Positions 1 to 6,154 of a stretch of DNA of 6,154 bases are shown here, in pieces. This DNA is from a virus (Duplodnaviria > Heunggongvirae > Uroviricota > Caudoviricetes), in IMG/VR virus record IMGVR_UViG_2617271049_000017; one strand, 5' to 3'. Under the pieces are notes generated by a model. It saw only the letters and a program-made list of their open reading frames with translations, was not told the DNA's origin and did no database searches. Made by a program: the position numbers and the translations under genes. How positions within the stretch are numbered: position 1 is the first letter of the stretch; each line of letters starts with the position of its first letter.

Positions 1-28
1 TTAATTTCGATTATTTTTCCCGGATGGA

Positions 29-84
29 AAATTCTTAGAAACCGATCACATACAGCTGCATTTATTAAGGTTATCATCCGTTTC
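29..84 (+). promoter_or_regulatory. Putative CRP-dependent class II sigma70 promoter of cyaR: CRP half-site TCACA at 46..50 (site centred near -42.5), -10 TATCAT at 72..77, inferred +1 at 85
   Basis: Seen in sequence: a perfect TCACA half-site with a weak partner ttaga 6 bp upstream; a TATCAT hexamer 7 nt upstream of the proposed sRNA 5' end; the -35 region is poor (cataca), as expected for a CRP class II promoter. Layout inferred by eye, not mapped. Confidence 0.45.
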
Positions 85-135
85 GCTGAAAAACATAACC
101 CATAAAATGCTAGCTGTACCAGGAACCACCTCCTT

Positions 136-171
136 AGCCTGTGTAATCTCCCTTACACGGGCTTATTTTTT
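136..171 (+). terminator. Rho-independent terminator of cyaR (11-bp stem 136..146 / 153..163, loop tctccc, U-tract 164..171)
   Basis: Checked base by base: agcctgtgtaa pairs with ttacacgggct (one G-U wobble), followed by tatttttt. Confidence 0.7.
145..171. other. P2-type attachment-site core (27 bp, aatctcccttacacgggcttatttttt; reverse complement AAAAAATAAGCCCGTGTAAGGGAGATT), marking the host/prophage junction
   Basis: The 27-mer matches my recollection of the P2 attP/attB core. It lies about 100 bp downstream of the ogr stop, where P2 attP sits. The junction cannot be placed more precisely than the core from this window alone. Confidence 0.6.
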
Positions 172-205
172 ACGCGTAACACAATGAAATAAAAGGATTT
201 ATTTC

Positions 206-230
206 TGGTCACGTCCACACATTGACCACA
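206..230 (-). promoter_or_regulatory. Candidate integrase arm-type binding sites in the phage arm: direct heptamer repeats TGTGGAC (213..219) and TGTGGTC (224..230) as read on the minus strand, 11 bp apart
   Basis: Seen in sequence: two near-identical heptamers at one helical-turn spacing between the att core and the ogr terminator. Assigning them to Int binding is inference. Confidence 0.3.
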
Positions 231-233
231 TCG

Positions 234-260
234 ACAAAAAAGCCCCTCGACTGAGGGGCT
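234..260 (-). terminator. Rho-independent terminator downstream of ogr, ending the late tail operon and ogr transcripts
   Basis: Perfect 8-bp GC-rich stem (241..248 agcccctc / 253..260 gaggggct), 4-nt loop, followed on the minus strand by a TTTTT run (236..240); it starts 12 nt after the ogr stop codon. Confidence 0.7.
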
Positions 261-272
261 TCCTGTTTGTAA

Positions 273-491
273 TTACATCCACATAATTTGCTGCCCTGAC
301 GGCAACGGGTGCGGTCTTACGGCGTGGACTTCTCCCGGCTTCACGATGTATCGCTGTACCGACTCATAAGTGATGAATGTGGCGCTGCAATTCACGTTCT
401 GACACTGGTGATAACGCTCTTTTGTCGTGTCAGTGATATAGCGACTTGTACGCGCATGTGCGGCATGCTGGCATAAAGGACAATGAAACAT
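273..491 (-). CDS. ogr: Ogr, zinc-finger late-gene transcriptional activator (72 aa)
   Basis: The translation MFHCPLCQHAAHARTSRYITDTTKERYHQCQNVNCSATFITYESVQRYIVKPGEVHAVRPHPLPSGQQIMWM has the Cys4 motif (CPLC...CQNVNC) and matches my recollection of P2 Ogr. The start at 491 is preferred over the 93-aa ORF start at 554 because AGAGGTG lies 6 nt upstream of it. Confidence 0.9.
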   Translation of the reverse strand: MFHCPLCQHAAHARTSRYITDTTKERYHQCQNVNCSATFITYESVQRYIVKPGEVHAVRPHPLPSGQQIMWM

Positions 492-525
492 CGCGAGCAC
501 CTCTTCCGGTTTTGTTGATGGTGCC

Positions 526-554
526 ATTTTAGTTAATTTATCCTTATAAAACAA
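526..554 (-). promoter_or_regulatory. Putative sigma70 promoter of ogr: -35 TTGTTT (549..554), 17-bp spacer, -10 TAAAAT (526..531), read on the minus strand
   Basis: Seen in sequence: hexamers with canonical 17-bp spacing in the AT-rich D-ogr intergenic region, placing +1 about 30 nt upstream of the ATG at 491. Not mapped. Confidence 0.35.
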
Positions 555-572
555 ACAGATAAATAAATTACA

Positions 573-1570
573 TCACTCATCATCTTCTGTTTCGTACTCC
601 ACATCAGAAAGCCTGACCTCAAGCTCCAAGGACGTCGTGAAGCCGCTATTATTCAGAAAATGTGTCACCTTAGTGATTGTCCAGTCCTGCTCGTCTATGA
701 CGCGCTTAAAGCCTGATACTTTAACCGGTGTTTCCGTGTAAATATCAGCACGACCGGTAGCCAGGCTGATGGAGAACTCCGCAACGCCCCGTTGCAGTTT
801 ATCCCACTTCGCCTGAGCGGCACGCATGGCCTGTGCTTTCGTGGCATATACCGTGGTCAGGGCAAAAACGTTGTCAGCCTCACCGGCCATGTATTCACCT
901 TCGCGCGCTTCCGGTACTTTTGGCGCTTTCTTCTGCGTGACCGGTTTCGCTTTCGGGTGCTCCAGTGCGCGCAGGTGTTTTTCTTTCTTTTTGCGTTTCA
1001 GTTTTACCTTCTGCTTTTGCGGCTTCGGGTCTTTGGTGTGTAACCACTTTGCCGTTACGCCGGTATAGGCTCCACGGTCAGCAATCGCAAAATGATGGCG
1101 GTCGCCGTCGCTGCGGGTGATGGTGACCTGCGGGATTTTTTTACCGCTGGCCGTCACCCCCTGCCCCGCTTTGNNNNNNNNNNTGCACCGAGTGTGGTGT
1201 CATGCCAGGAGCCTTCCCGGCGGGAATTGAGCGTCCCGCGGAAATCTGCACTCCGGGCGCGGATGGTGACCACATCCGGCGCGCCCCGGTGTTCAACCTC
1301 ATCAACGGTGAATTTCCCTTTGCATACCAGGGCAAAACCTTTCCAGCCGATATACACCGTCAGGACAGCGCCACGAACCGGCAGCCCGACCTGCCCGTCG
1401 GCATCGTTCAGTTCAATATCAAGCTGGTCAGCCTCAAAGCCCCGGTTATCCGTCAGGGTCATGCTCATCAGACGGTCGCTGATATTGCCGGTAATATCCC
1501 TGCTGTCGAGCATCAGCATGTAATCCGGCGTCAGCGTACTGCCTGCATCAAATGTCAGTGCATCCAGCAT
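573..1570 (-). CDS. D: Tail protein gpD (late gene D, tail-spike/baseplate-hub associated); interrupted by the N-run at 1174..1183, across which the reading frame changes
   Basis: The N-terminal 129 codons (1570..1184, MLDALTFDAGSTLTPDYMLM...WHDTTLGA) and the C-terminal 199 codons (1172..576, KAGQGVTASGKKIPQVTITRSDGDRHHFAIADRG...EVRLSDVEYETEDDE) both look like P2 gpD. The two halves are in different frames relative to the 10 N. Confidence 0.85.
1174..1183. other. Run of 10 N inside gene D (assembly gap or masked bases)
   Basis: Ten ambiguous bases; the flanking gpD halves are out of frame across them. Confidence 0.95.
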
Positions 1571-2049
1571 TATGCCGCCCCCGTCATACCCGTGAATCTG
1601 GTCGCCATACTGCCAGCTTTACCGATGAGCGATTCCGTCTGTTTACCGATATCGCCATAAAGCGCGGCCAGTGATTCATCAACGCGGGTGAGCGACAGCG
1701 TAAAATCAATTTTCCGGGGTGTGCCGTCTGCAAAGAAAATACTCCCTGTTTCACTCACCCTGCTGATGACATACATGCCGTAAATCATGCCGGTGCCATC
1801 CAGCAACGGCCACGCCCGGCCTTCCTCTGCCATCAGCCTGAGCGTGGTCATCGTCAGCTTTCCGCCGGTCAGTTCGGGATAAAGCACACCGGCAAGCGTG
1901 ATGTTTTCCTCGCCAACGCCGAGAAACTGGTAGGCATCCCGTTTACCGATACGGGAATTTGACGGCCAGCGATAATCTGATTCACGCTGCATGGTCTGGT
2001 GTGGCAGCGTCTGGCGCATAAAAACAAACATACCTAACGCGAGCATCAT
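1570..2049 (-). CDS. U: Tail protein gpU (tail terminator/completion protein, 159 aa)
   Basis: 159-aa ORF MMLALGMFVFMRQTLPHQTMQRESDYRW... in the syntenic position between T and D; strong RBS AGGAGGTGA upstream; its stop overlaps the D start as TAATG. Confidence 0.9.
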   Translation of the reverse strand: MMLALGMFVFMRQTLPHQTMQRESDYRWPSNSRIGKRDAYQFLGVGEENITLAGVLYPELTGGKLTMTTLRLMAEEGRAWPLLDGTGMIYGMYVISRVSETGSIFFADGTPRKIDFTLSLTRVDESLAALYGDIGKQTESLIGKAGSMATRFTGMTGAA

Positions 2050-2063
2050 TTTTCGTCACCTCC

Positions 2064-4505
2064 TTAACCGTCATGCATCATGCTGGCACGGGCGCGCGCA
2101 CGTTTATCCCGCTCGTATTTTTCGAGCGCATCCTGTAACTGGCGGTCAAGCTGTGTCCCCGGCGCAGTACCACCGGTCAGGCTGATGTGATATTCGTTTT
2201 TACTCTGGTCCACATAAGAGCGGCCAGCCGGTGCCGTAACCGGCTGATAAGCCTGATAGCCTGCATAAGAGCTGGTCGCCGGAATATAACCACCGCTGCC
2301 ATACGTGGCGGCTTGAGTTCTGGCGACGGTCTGGTCAAGTGTGTCTGACTCTTTGTTGATAACACCGAGTTTTTCCAGTACCCAGTCAATTCCGCTGCGC
2401 AGTTTGTTGAACGCATTAAGCGGCAGCATCAGCGCGTCAGCCAGTGCCTGCCCGAACATGACGCCCGTGTCACGGCAACGGTTCAGGGTGTCCTGGGTGG
2501 CTTTAACCGGAGCAATCAGGTTTGTAAACCACTGCCACGTGGCCTGTAACTTTTCGCCCAGCCAGTCAAACACCGGCTTCAGTGGCGTGAACAGCTCCCC
2601 CACCGGCGCAAATGCCGCTTTCAGCCCTTCCATCACACCGCCAAAGAATGCGCTGACAGGCTCCCAGTATTTACGGATAAGCAACGCCCCGGCGACAATG
2701 GCAGCCACCACGGCCACAACCGGCCAGCTAATCGCACCGATGGCCGTCATAACGGCACTACCAACCGTCGTGAAGATTGCCCCCATTGCGCCTGCTGCCG
2801 CGATAATGGCATTGATGCCGGTGATAACCGGCCAGGCTACAAGACCAATGGCACCGATGATGCCAGTAAGCGCCAGCGCGCCACCGACAATGAGGCCGAT
2901 GGTTGACGCCAGTGATTTGTTTTTCTGGATCCAGCCGTCGAGTTTTAACACATACTTTGTGGCCGTCTGCGTGAGCTTACGCAGTGCGCCTTCCTGCTGG
3001 TCAAACAGGTCAGTCCCCACCGCCTCATAAGCGGACTGAAACTCCTTAAAGTCACCGCCGAGGTTGTCCTGCATGATATTTACCAGCTCGGCGGTCTTCC
3101 CGTCTGAGGCTTTAAACGCAGCGGTCAGTTTGTCCAGCTTTCCAGTTGAGGCGGCAGTCATCAGCACGGCGGCGGCTGAGCTGGCCTCCTCCCCGAAAAT
3201 AGTTTTCATGTATTCAGCCTGCTGGGCAGTACCGAGCCGGTTTTTCTCAAAACTGGCCTGCANNNNNNNNNNAAATACTGGTCGAGTATTCCCTTTACTG
3301 TCTGAGGTTTTCACGCCAAGCTCTTTCAGTGCATCCCATGCTTTTCCCGTCGGTGCCTGCAGGCGGCTTAACACGGCACGGCTTCCCGTCCCCGCCATTG
3401 AACCGGTAATTTTTGCATCATGCAGCGCCCCGACCATTGCGGCGGTTTCTTCAATGCTGACACCAGCATTTTTTGCCACAGGTGCGGCATAGGTCAGCGC
3501 ATCGCTCATGCCATCAAAATCGGCGGCGGTTTTGTTCATCGTCATGGAGAGAACATCCCCGATATGAGCGACCTTATCGTTTGAAAGCTGAAAGGCGGAT
3601 TTCATCCCCATCAGCAGGGCGGCGTTTTCTTCCATCGTGCGACGGTTCGCCAGCGCCATATTCAGCGTGACCGGAGTTGCCGCCTGAATGGCATCAACAT
3701 CCCCACCGGCTTTCGCAATAATAATCTGCGCACCGGCTGCATCATCTGCCGAGGCTGCGGTATTGTCGCCGAGCTGGCGCGCCTGCTTGCGTAGTGCAGC
3801 CATTTCAGCGGAGTCTTTTGCCACACCGAGCACAGCCTGCAATTCTGAGTTTTTCTGCGCAAACTCATAACCGGGCATCAGCAACTTAACTCCGGCCATC
3901 GTTCCCGCAGCAGCAATCCCCACACCGGCAGCGCCCACCGAGGCCATATTTCCGGCCAGTTCCTTTCCGGCCTGATAACGCTGTTTTACTGCGTTAAGTT
4001 TTGCCTGTTGTGCACTGACACGCGCCAGCGCGTCACGCTGACGGTTAAGCTGTGCGGTGGTTTCACTGATACGGTTTTTCAGTCCCTGCTCATCATGTGC
4101 AAGATTGCGGGTATTAATTCCCACAGCGGCCAGTTCTCGCTGCTGGCGTTTAATGGAATCTGTCAGGCGGTTATATTTCGCCTGTAAGTCCTCCGCCGCA
4201 CGCTTTGCGGATTCCAGCACTTTCGCCTGAGCACGGGTCGGACGTTCGGTGTTTTTAAACTGTGTGGCAAGGGCTTCGGCTTCCTGCCGTGCCTTTTCAA
4301 GTGCATGACCAGTCACGGCAAGCTGTGCACTGGTCTTGCGGAATCCCTCAATACGGGATGCGTGACCGTTCAGCTCGCGCAGTGATTTTTGTGTTTCCCG
4401 GATATCCCCCGACAGCGACCTGCTCGCTGTGCGGATGGATTTAAACGGGCGGGATGCCTGGTCAACAGCCCTGAGCAATACCTGTAATTTTACATTGTTA
4501 CTCAT
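2064..4505 (-). CDS. T: Tail tape measure protein gpT (813 codons as read, including 4 codons over the N-run at 3263..3272)
   Basis: Very long ORF directly downstream of E/E', with an Ala/Gln/Arg/Leu-rich (coiled-coil-like) N-terminus, a long Gly/Ala/Ile-rich hydrophobic central segment (aa 531-610) and a C-terminal globular region, as is typical for tape measure proteins. The frame is continuous across the N-run. Confidence 0.9.
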   Translation of the reverse strand: MSNNVKLQVLLRAVDQASRPFKSIRTASRSLSGDIRETQKSLRELNGHASRIEGFRKTSAQLAVTGHALEKARQEAEALATQFKNTERPTRAQAKVLESAKRAAEDLQAKYNRLTDSIKRQQRELAAVGINTRNLAHDEQGLKNRISETTAQLNRQRDALARVSAQQAKLNAVKQRYQAGKELAGNMASVGAAGVGIAAAGTMAGVKLLMPGYEFAQKNSELQAVLGVAKDSAEMAALRKQARQLGDNTAASADDAAGAQIIIAKAGGDVDAIQAATPVTLNMALANRRTMEENAALLMGMKSAFQLSNDKVAHIGDVLSMTMNKTAADFDGMSDALTYAAPVAKNAGVSIEETAAMVGALHDAKITGSMAGTGSRAVLSRLQAPTGKAWDALKELGVKTSDSKGNTRPVFXXXXQASFEKNRLGTAQQAEYMKTIFGEEASSAAAVLMTAASTGKLDKLTAAFKASDGKTAELVNIMQDNLGGDFKEFQSAYEAVGTDLFDQQEGALRKLTQTATKYVLKLDGWIQKNKSLASTIGLIVGGALALTGIIGAIGLVAWPVITGINAIIAAAGAMGAIFTTVGSAVMTAIGAISWPVVAVVAAIVAGALLIRKYWEPVSAFFGGVMEGLKAAFAPVGELFTPLKPVFDWLGEKLQATWQWFTNLIAPVKATQDTLNRCRDTGVMFGQALADALMLPLNAFNKLRSGIDWVLEKLGVINKESDTLDQTVARTQAATYGSGGYIPATSSYAGYQAYQPVTAPAGRSYVDQSKNEYHISLTGGTAPGTQLDRQLQDALEKYERDKRARARASMMHDG
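3263..3272. other. Run of 10 N inside gene T (assembly gap or masked bases), frame-preserving
   Basis: Ten ambiguous bases; the T reading frame is the same on both sides. Confidence 0.95.
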
Positions 4506-4925
4506 TCGTGTTTCCGCTTCGCCGGAGCGCCTTTTCGCGCCATGTGATGAGTTCGGTCAGGCTCATGGGATACAGTTCTGATGGCGGCCAGTGAAATATC
4601 ACTGCCACATCCGCCATCAGGTCATCGACCGAGAGATTTTTTGGAAACGTCACTGCACCGAGTTCGGCGACAAAAAACCGACCACCTTACCGGCCAGCGC
4701 CACAAGGTCAGGCAGTTCCAGCGCGGCGACTTCCTGCTCGGTCAGCATCGGTGCCGTCATGCGCGGCAGCACCTTAATCAGTGCATCGACTTCGGAGTTC
4801 GCGACCGCTGCCAGACTGACACCGCGCAGCGTCCCGGCATTGGGTTTCATCAGCGTGACCTGTTCGATAACCTGCTCACCACGTTTGACCGGATTGTCCA
4901 GGGTAATGACATTTTCTTTGTTCAT
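4498..4925 (-). CDS. E+E': Tail assembly chaperone gpE+E', made by a programmed -1 ribosomal frameshift at T_TTT_TTG (4671..4677); the extension ends at TAA 4498..4500, overlapping the T start codon
   Basis: Traced codon by codon on the minus strand: after the slip the -1 frame stays open for 58 codons (FFVAELGAVTFPKNLSVDDLMADVAVIFHWPPSELYPMSLTELITWREKALRRSGNTNE) and stops at AATGAGTAA, which overlaps the ATG of T. Confidence 0.8.
4650..4925 (-). CDS. E: Tail assembly chaperone gpE (91 aa, zero-frame product)
   Basis: ORF MNKENVITLDNPVKRGEQVIEQVTLMKPNAG...KVVGFLSPNSVQ between FII and T; it contains the slippery heptamer near its 3' end. Confidence 0.9.
   Translation of the reverse strand: MNKENVITLDNPVKRGEQVIEQVTLMKPNAGTLRGVSLAAVANSEVDALIKVLPRMTAPMLTEQEVAALELPDLVALAGKVVGFLSPNSVQ
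4671..4677 (-). other. Slippery heptamer T_TTT_TTG for the E/E' -1 frameshift
   Basis: Minus-strand sequence GGT TTT TTG within E (plus strand caaaaaacc), in the position conserved upstream of tape measure genes. Confidence 0.75.
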
Positions 4926-4981
4926 GGTTTTCTCACTTCTGAATCAGGGTTAACCGGCCAGCCAGGCTGACCGTATGAAAA

Positions 4982-5500
4982 TCACAGGCCGATATTGCGG
5001 CGGTGTTGCTCCAGCCGGTCGACGCCGTTCACCTTCTCAATCATGTTGATGGTGTCAATTTCGACCAGCTCCTTACCGTCCATCGTCAGCCGGAAATAGG
5101 TGCAGACCACGGAGATTTTCGACTCAGTGTCTTCTCCCTGTTTACCCTCGCCGGTGTCGATTTCTTTCTGACGTCCACGCATGACCACTTCGACGGCCAC
5201 CGTTTCGCCGGTATCGTCGCGCTGGTAAGAGCCTGCAAAACGAATCGGCACGGCATCCACACCGGTTGCGGCGTAAAGCTCCCAGATAACCGAATCCGGG
5301 AAGCCACCGAGCGACCACTCCATTGACAGCGCATCGTCATCAAGGCCGAGGTCTACCGGTGCGCTGCCGTTCATTCCCGCACCGCGATAGTTTTCGAGCT
5401 TACGGGTCAGTTTTGGTAGCGTGACGGACTTCGCGACGCCCTGATAGCTGTAGCCGTTCAGAAAGACATTCATTAACTTGAGTTTGCGCGGCATTGCCAT
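4982..5500 (-). CDS. FII: Major tail tube protein gpFII (172 aa)
   Basis: 172-aa ORF MAMPRKLKLMNVFLNGYSYQGVAKSVTLPKL... immediately downstream of FI, with RBS GGAG upstream; syntenic with P2 FII. Confidence 0.9.
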   Translation of the reverse strand: MAMPRKLKLMNVFLNGYSYQGVAKSVTLPKLTRKLENYRGAGMNGSAPVDLGLDDDALSMEWSLGGFPDSVIWELYAATGVDAVPIRFAGSYQRDDTGETVAVEVVMRGRQKEIDTGEGKQGEDTESKISVVCTYFRLTMDGKELVEIDTINMIEKVNGVDRLEQHRRNIGL

Positions 5501-5512
5501 CGGTCAGGCTCC

Positions 5513-6154
5513 TTAATTGCTGTTAACCGAGGTGACCAGATTTGCCAGGTATTTATCGGTAATACGCTGGCGCAGGGTCAGGTTTTCAAGAGGAGGCACC
5601 GGGGTATAGTCGTAGTCGATATACAGTTTTCCGGCCTTGAGGGTTTCCGCATCGTTGGATTCTTCGCTGAACCAGCAGGTCGCATCCACGATATAGCCGT
5701 TTGTTTTCAGCTCACGGAATTTGGCATTGATGCCGTCAACGATGTCGCGAATCAGCGTTGCGGTGATGGGCTTATCCACCGCCCACATGTGCGCCTCAGC
5801 CATCGTGTCGGCCAGCACCTGCGCGGTGCGGGTGTAGTTTTCAAAGAGGAACAGCGGGTCATCAGAGCAGGTACGGTTACCCCAGAATCGGAAACCGTCA
5901 CGGCGAATCAGCGTTGTGACGCCTGACTCGTTAAGCAGGTCAGCATCGGTGCCGGACTCCTGCAAATCCCAGAATACAGATGCGCTGATGCCGGTAACAC
6001 CGTTCACCCCGACGTTGGACAGCGTTTTATGCCAGCCCTGCTCCTGGTCGATTTTGGCACGCAGACCCAGCGCACGGGCGGTGGCATACGCGGTGGCGGT
6101 GGTACTGGTGACCGTATCCCATGCGAGGAAATCCGGCCAGATGACCATCAGCTC
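5513..6154 (-). CDS. FI: Tail sheath protein gpFI, C-terminal ~213 codons only; the 5' end lies beyond the window edge
   Basis: The ORF is open to the end of the window (no start in frame; translation ...[30 protein letters not shown]...[13 protein letters not shown]), directly upstream of FII as in the P2 FI-FII-E-T-U-D operon. Confidence 0.85.
   Translation of the reverse strand, partial: ELMVIWPDFLAWDTVTSTTATAYATARALGLRAKIDQEQGWHKTLSNVGVNGVTGISASVFWDLQESGTDADLLNESGVTTLIRRDGFRFWGNRTCSDDPLFLFENYTRTAQVLADTMAEAHMWAVDKPITATLIRDIVDGINAKFRELKTNGYIVDATCWFSEESNDAETLKAGKLYIDYDYTPVPPLENLTLRQRITDKYLANLVTSVNSN

Larger units (their letters stand above)
85..171 (+). ncRNA. cyaR: CyaR (RyeE) Hfq-binding, CRP-activated small RNA, about 87 nt
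   Basis: The sequence gctgaaaaacataacccataaaatgctagctgtaccaggaaccacctccttagcctgtgtaatctcccttacacgggcttatttttt matches my recollection of enterobacterial CyaR. It has a single-stranded CCUCCU-containing region and ends in an 11-bp hairpin plus U-tract. No long ORF is present. Recall only, not a search. Confidence 0.7.
145..6154 (-). mobile_element. P2-like prophage, right end (att core, ogr and tail-gene operon); continues beyond the window edge
   Basis: Contiguous, syntenic set ogr-D-U-T-E/E'-FII-FI, all on the minus strand, ending at an att core; the order matches the P2 genome map. Confidence 0.9.

Noticed and set aside
273-554. 93-aa ORF extending ogr upstream (MFYKDKLTKMAPSTKPEEVLA-MFHCP...)
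   Set aside because: The upstream in-frame ATGs lack an RBS and overlap the candidate ogr promoter; the ATG at 491 has a good RBS and gives the canonical 72-aa zinc-finger protein.
792-1068. Two overlapping plus-strand ORFs (83 and 80 aa) antisense to the gpD C-terminal region
   Set aside because: Phe/Arg/Cys-rich low-complexity translations opposite a lysine-rich region of gpD (antisense of AAA/AAG codons); not credible genes.
1202-1660. 152-aa plus-strand ORF antisense to D and U
   Set aside because: It overlaps two well-supported minus-strand genes, has no RBS and no recognisable protein features.
2177-2416. 79-aa minus-strand ORF in a different frame within the 3' end of T
   Set aside because: Contained in T and out of frame with it; no RBS; not conserved-looking.
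2341-3030. 229-aa plus-strand ORF antisense to the tape measure gene
   Set aside because: Low-complexity Pro/Ser/Ala/Thr-rich translation with no RBS; it mirrors the Gly/Ala-rich hydrophobic segment of T on the opposite strand, so it is a compositional artefact.
1174-3272. Possibility that the two N-runs are biological features
   Set aside because: N is an ambiguity code, not sequence; both runs are exactly 10 long, which points to gap placeholders or masking.
3064-3870. Short ORFs in other frames within T (3064..3492 +, 3473..3670 +, 3662..3868 -, 3688..3870 +)
   Set aside because: All lie inside the continuous 813-codon T ORF, with no independent start signals; typical spurious ORFs in a long gene.
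4581-4970. Plus-strand ORFs of 129 and 120 aa overlapping E and E'
   Set aside because: Antisense to E and to the verified -1 frame E' extension; Arg/His/Cys-rich, no RBS.
5003-5343. ORFs 5003..5326 (+) and 5086..5343 (-) overlapping FII
   Set aside because: Alternative-frame or antisense ORFs entirely within the well-supported FII gene; no start signals.
1-6154. Search for CRISPR repeats, tRNA/rRNA genes, IS elements or toxin-antitoxin pairs
   Set aside because: No regularly spaced direct repeats, no cloverleaf-like tRNA structure noticed, no inverted-repeat-bounded transposase ORF and no unassigned small gene pairs; the whole window is accounted for by cyaR, the att site and the P2 ogr and tail genes.

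Overview
This window is the right-hand end of a P2-like (Peduovirus-type) prophage in an enterobacterial chromosome, with no CRISPR array, rRNA or tRNA. All calls rest on reading the ORF translations and sequence by eye and on recall of P2 biology; no database search was run. The left ~170 bp is host DNA carrying what looks like the CRP-dependent sRNA gene cyaR (ryeE), whose terminator coincides with a 27-bp P2-type att core at 145..171. Everything to the right is phage and on the minus strand: ogr, then the tail genes D, U, T, E and E+E' (with a -1 frameshift), FII, and the 3' part of FI, which runs off the window edge. Two runs of 10 N (1174..1183 and 3263..3272) interrupt D and T. I see no accessory cargo or defence system inside this window; the gene order is canonical and tightly packed. 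The classical P2 cargo hotspot (Z/fun, upstream of FI) would lie just beyond position 6154.
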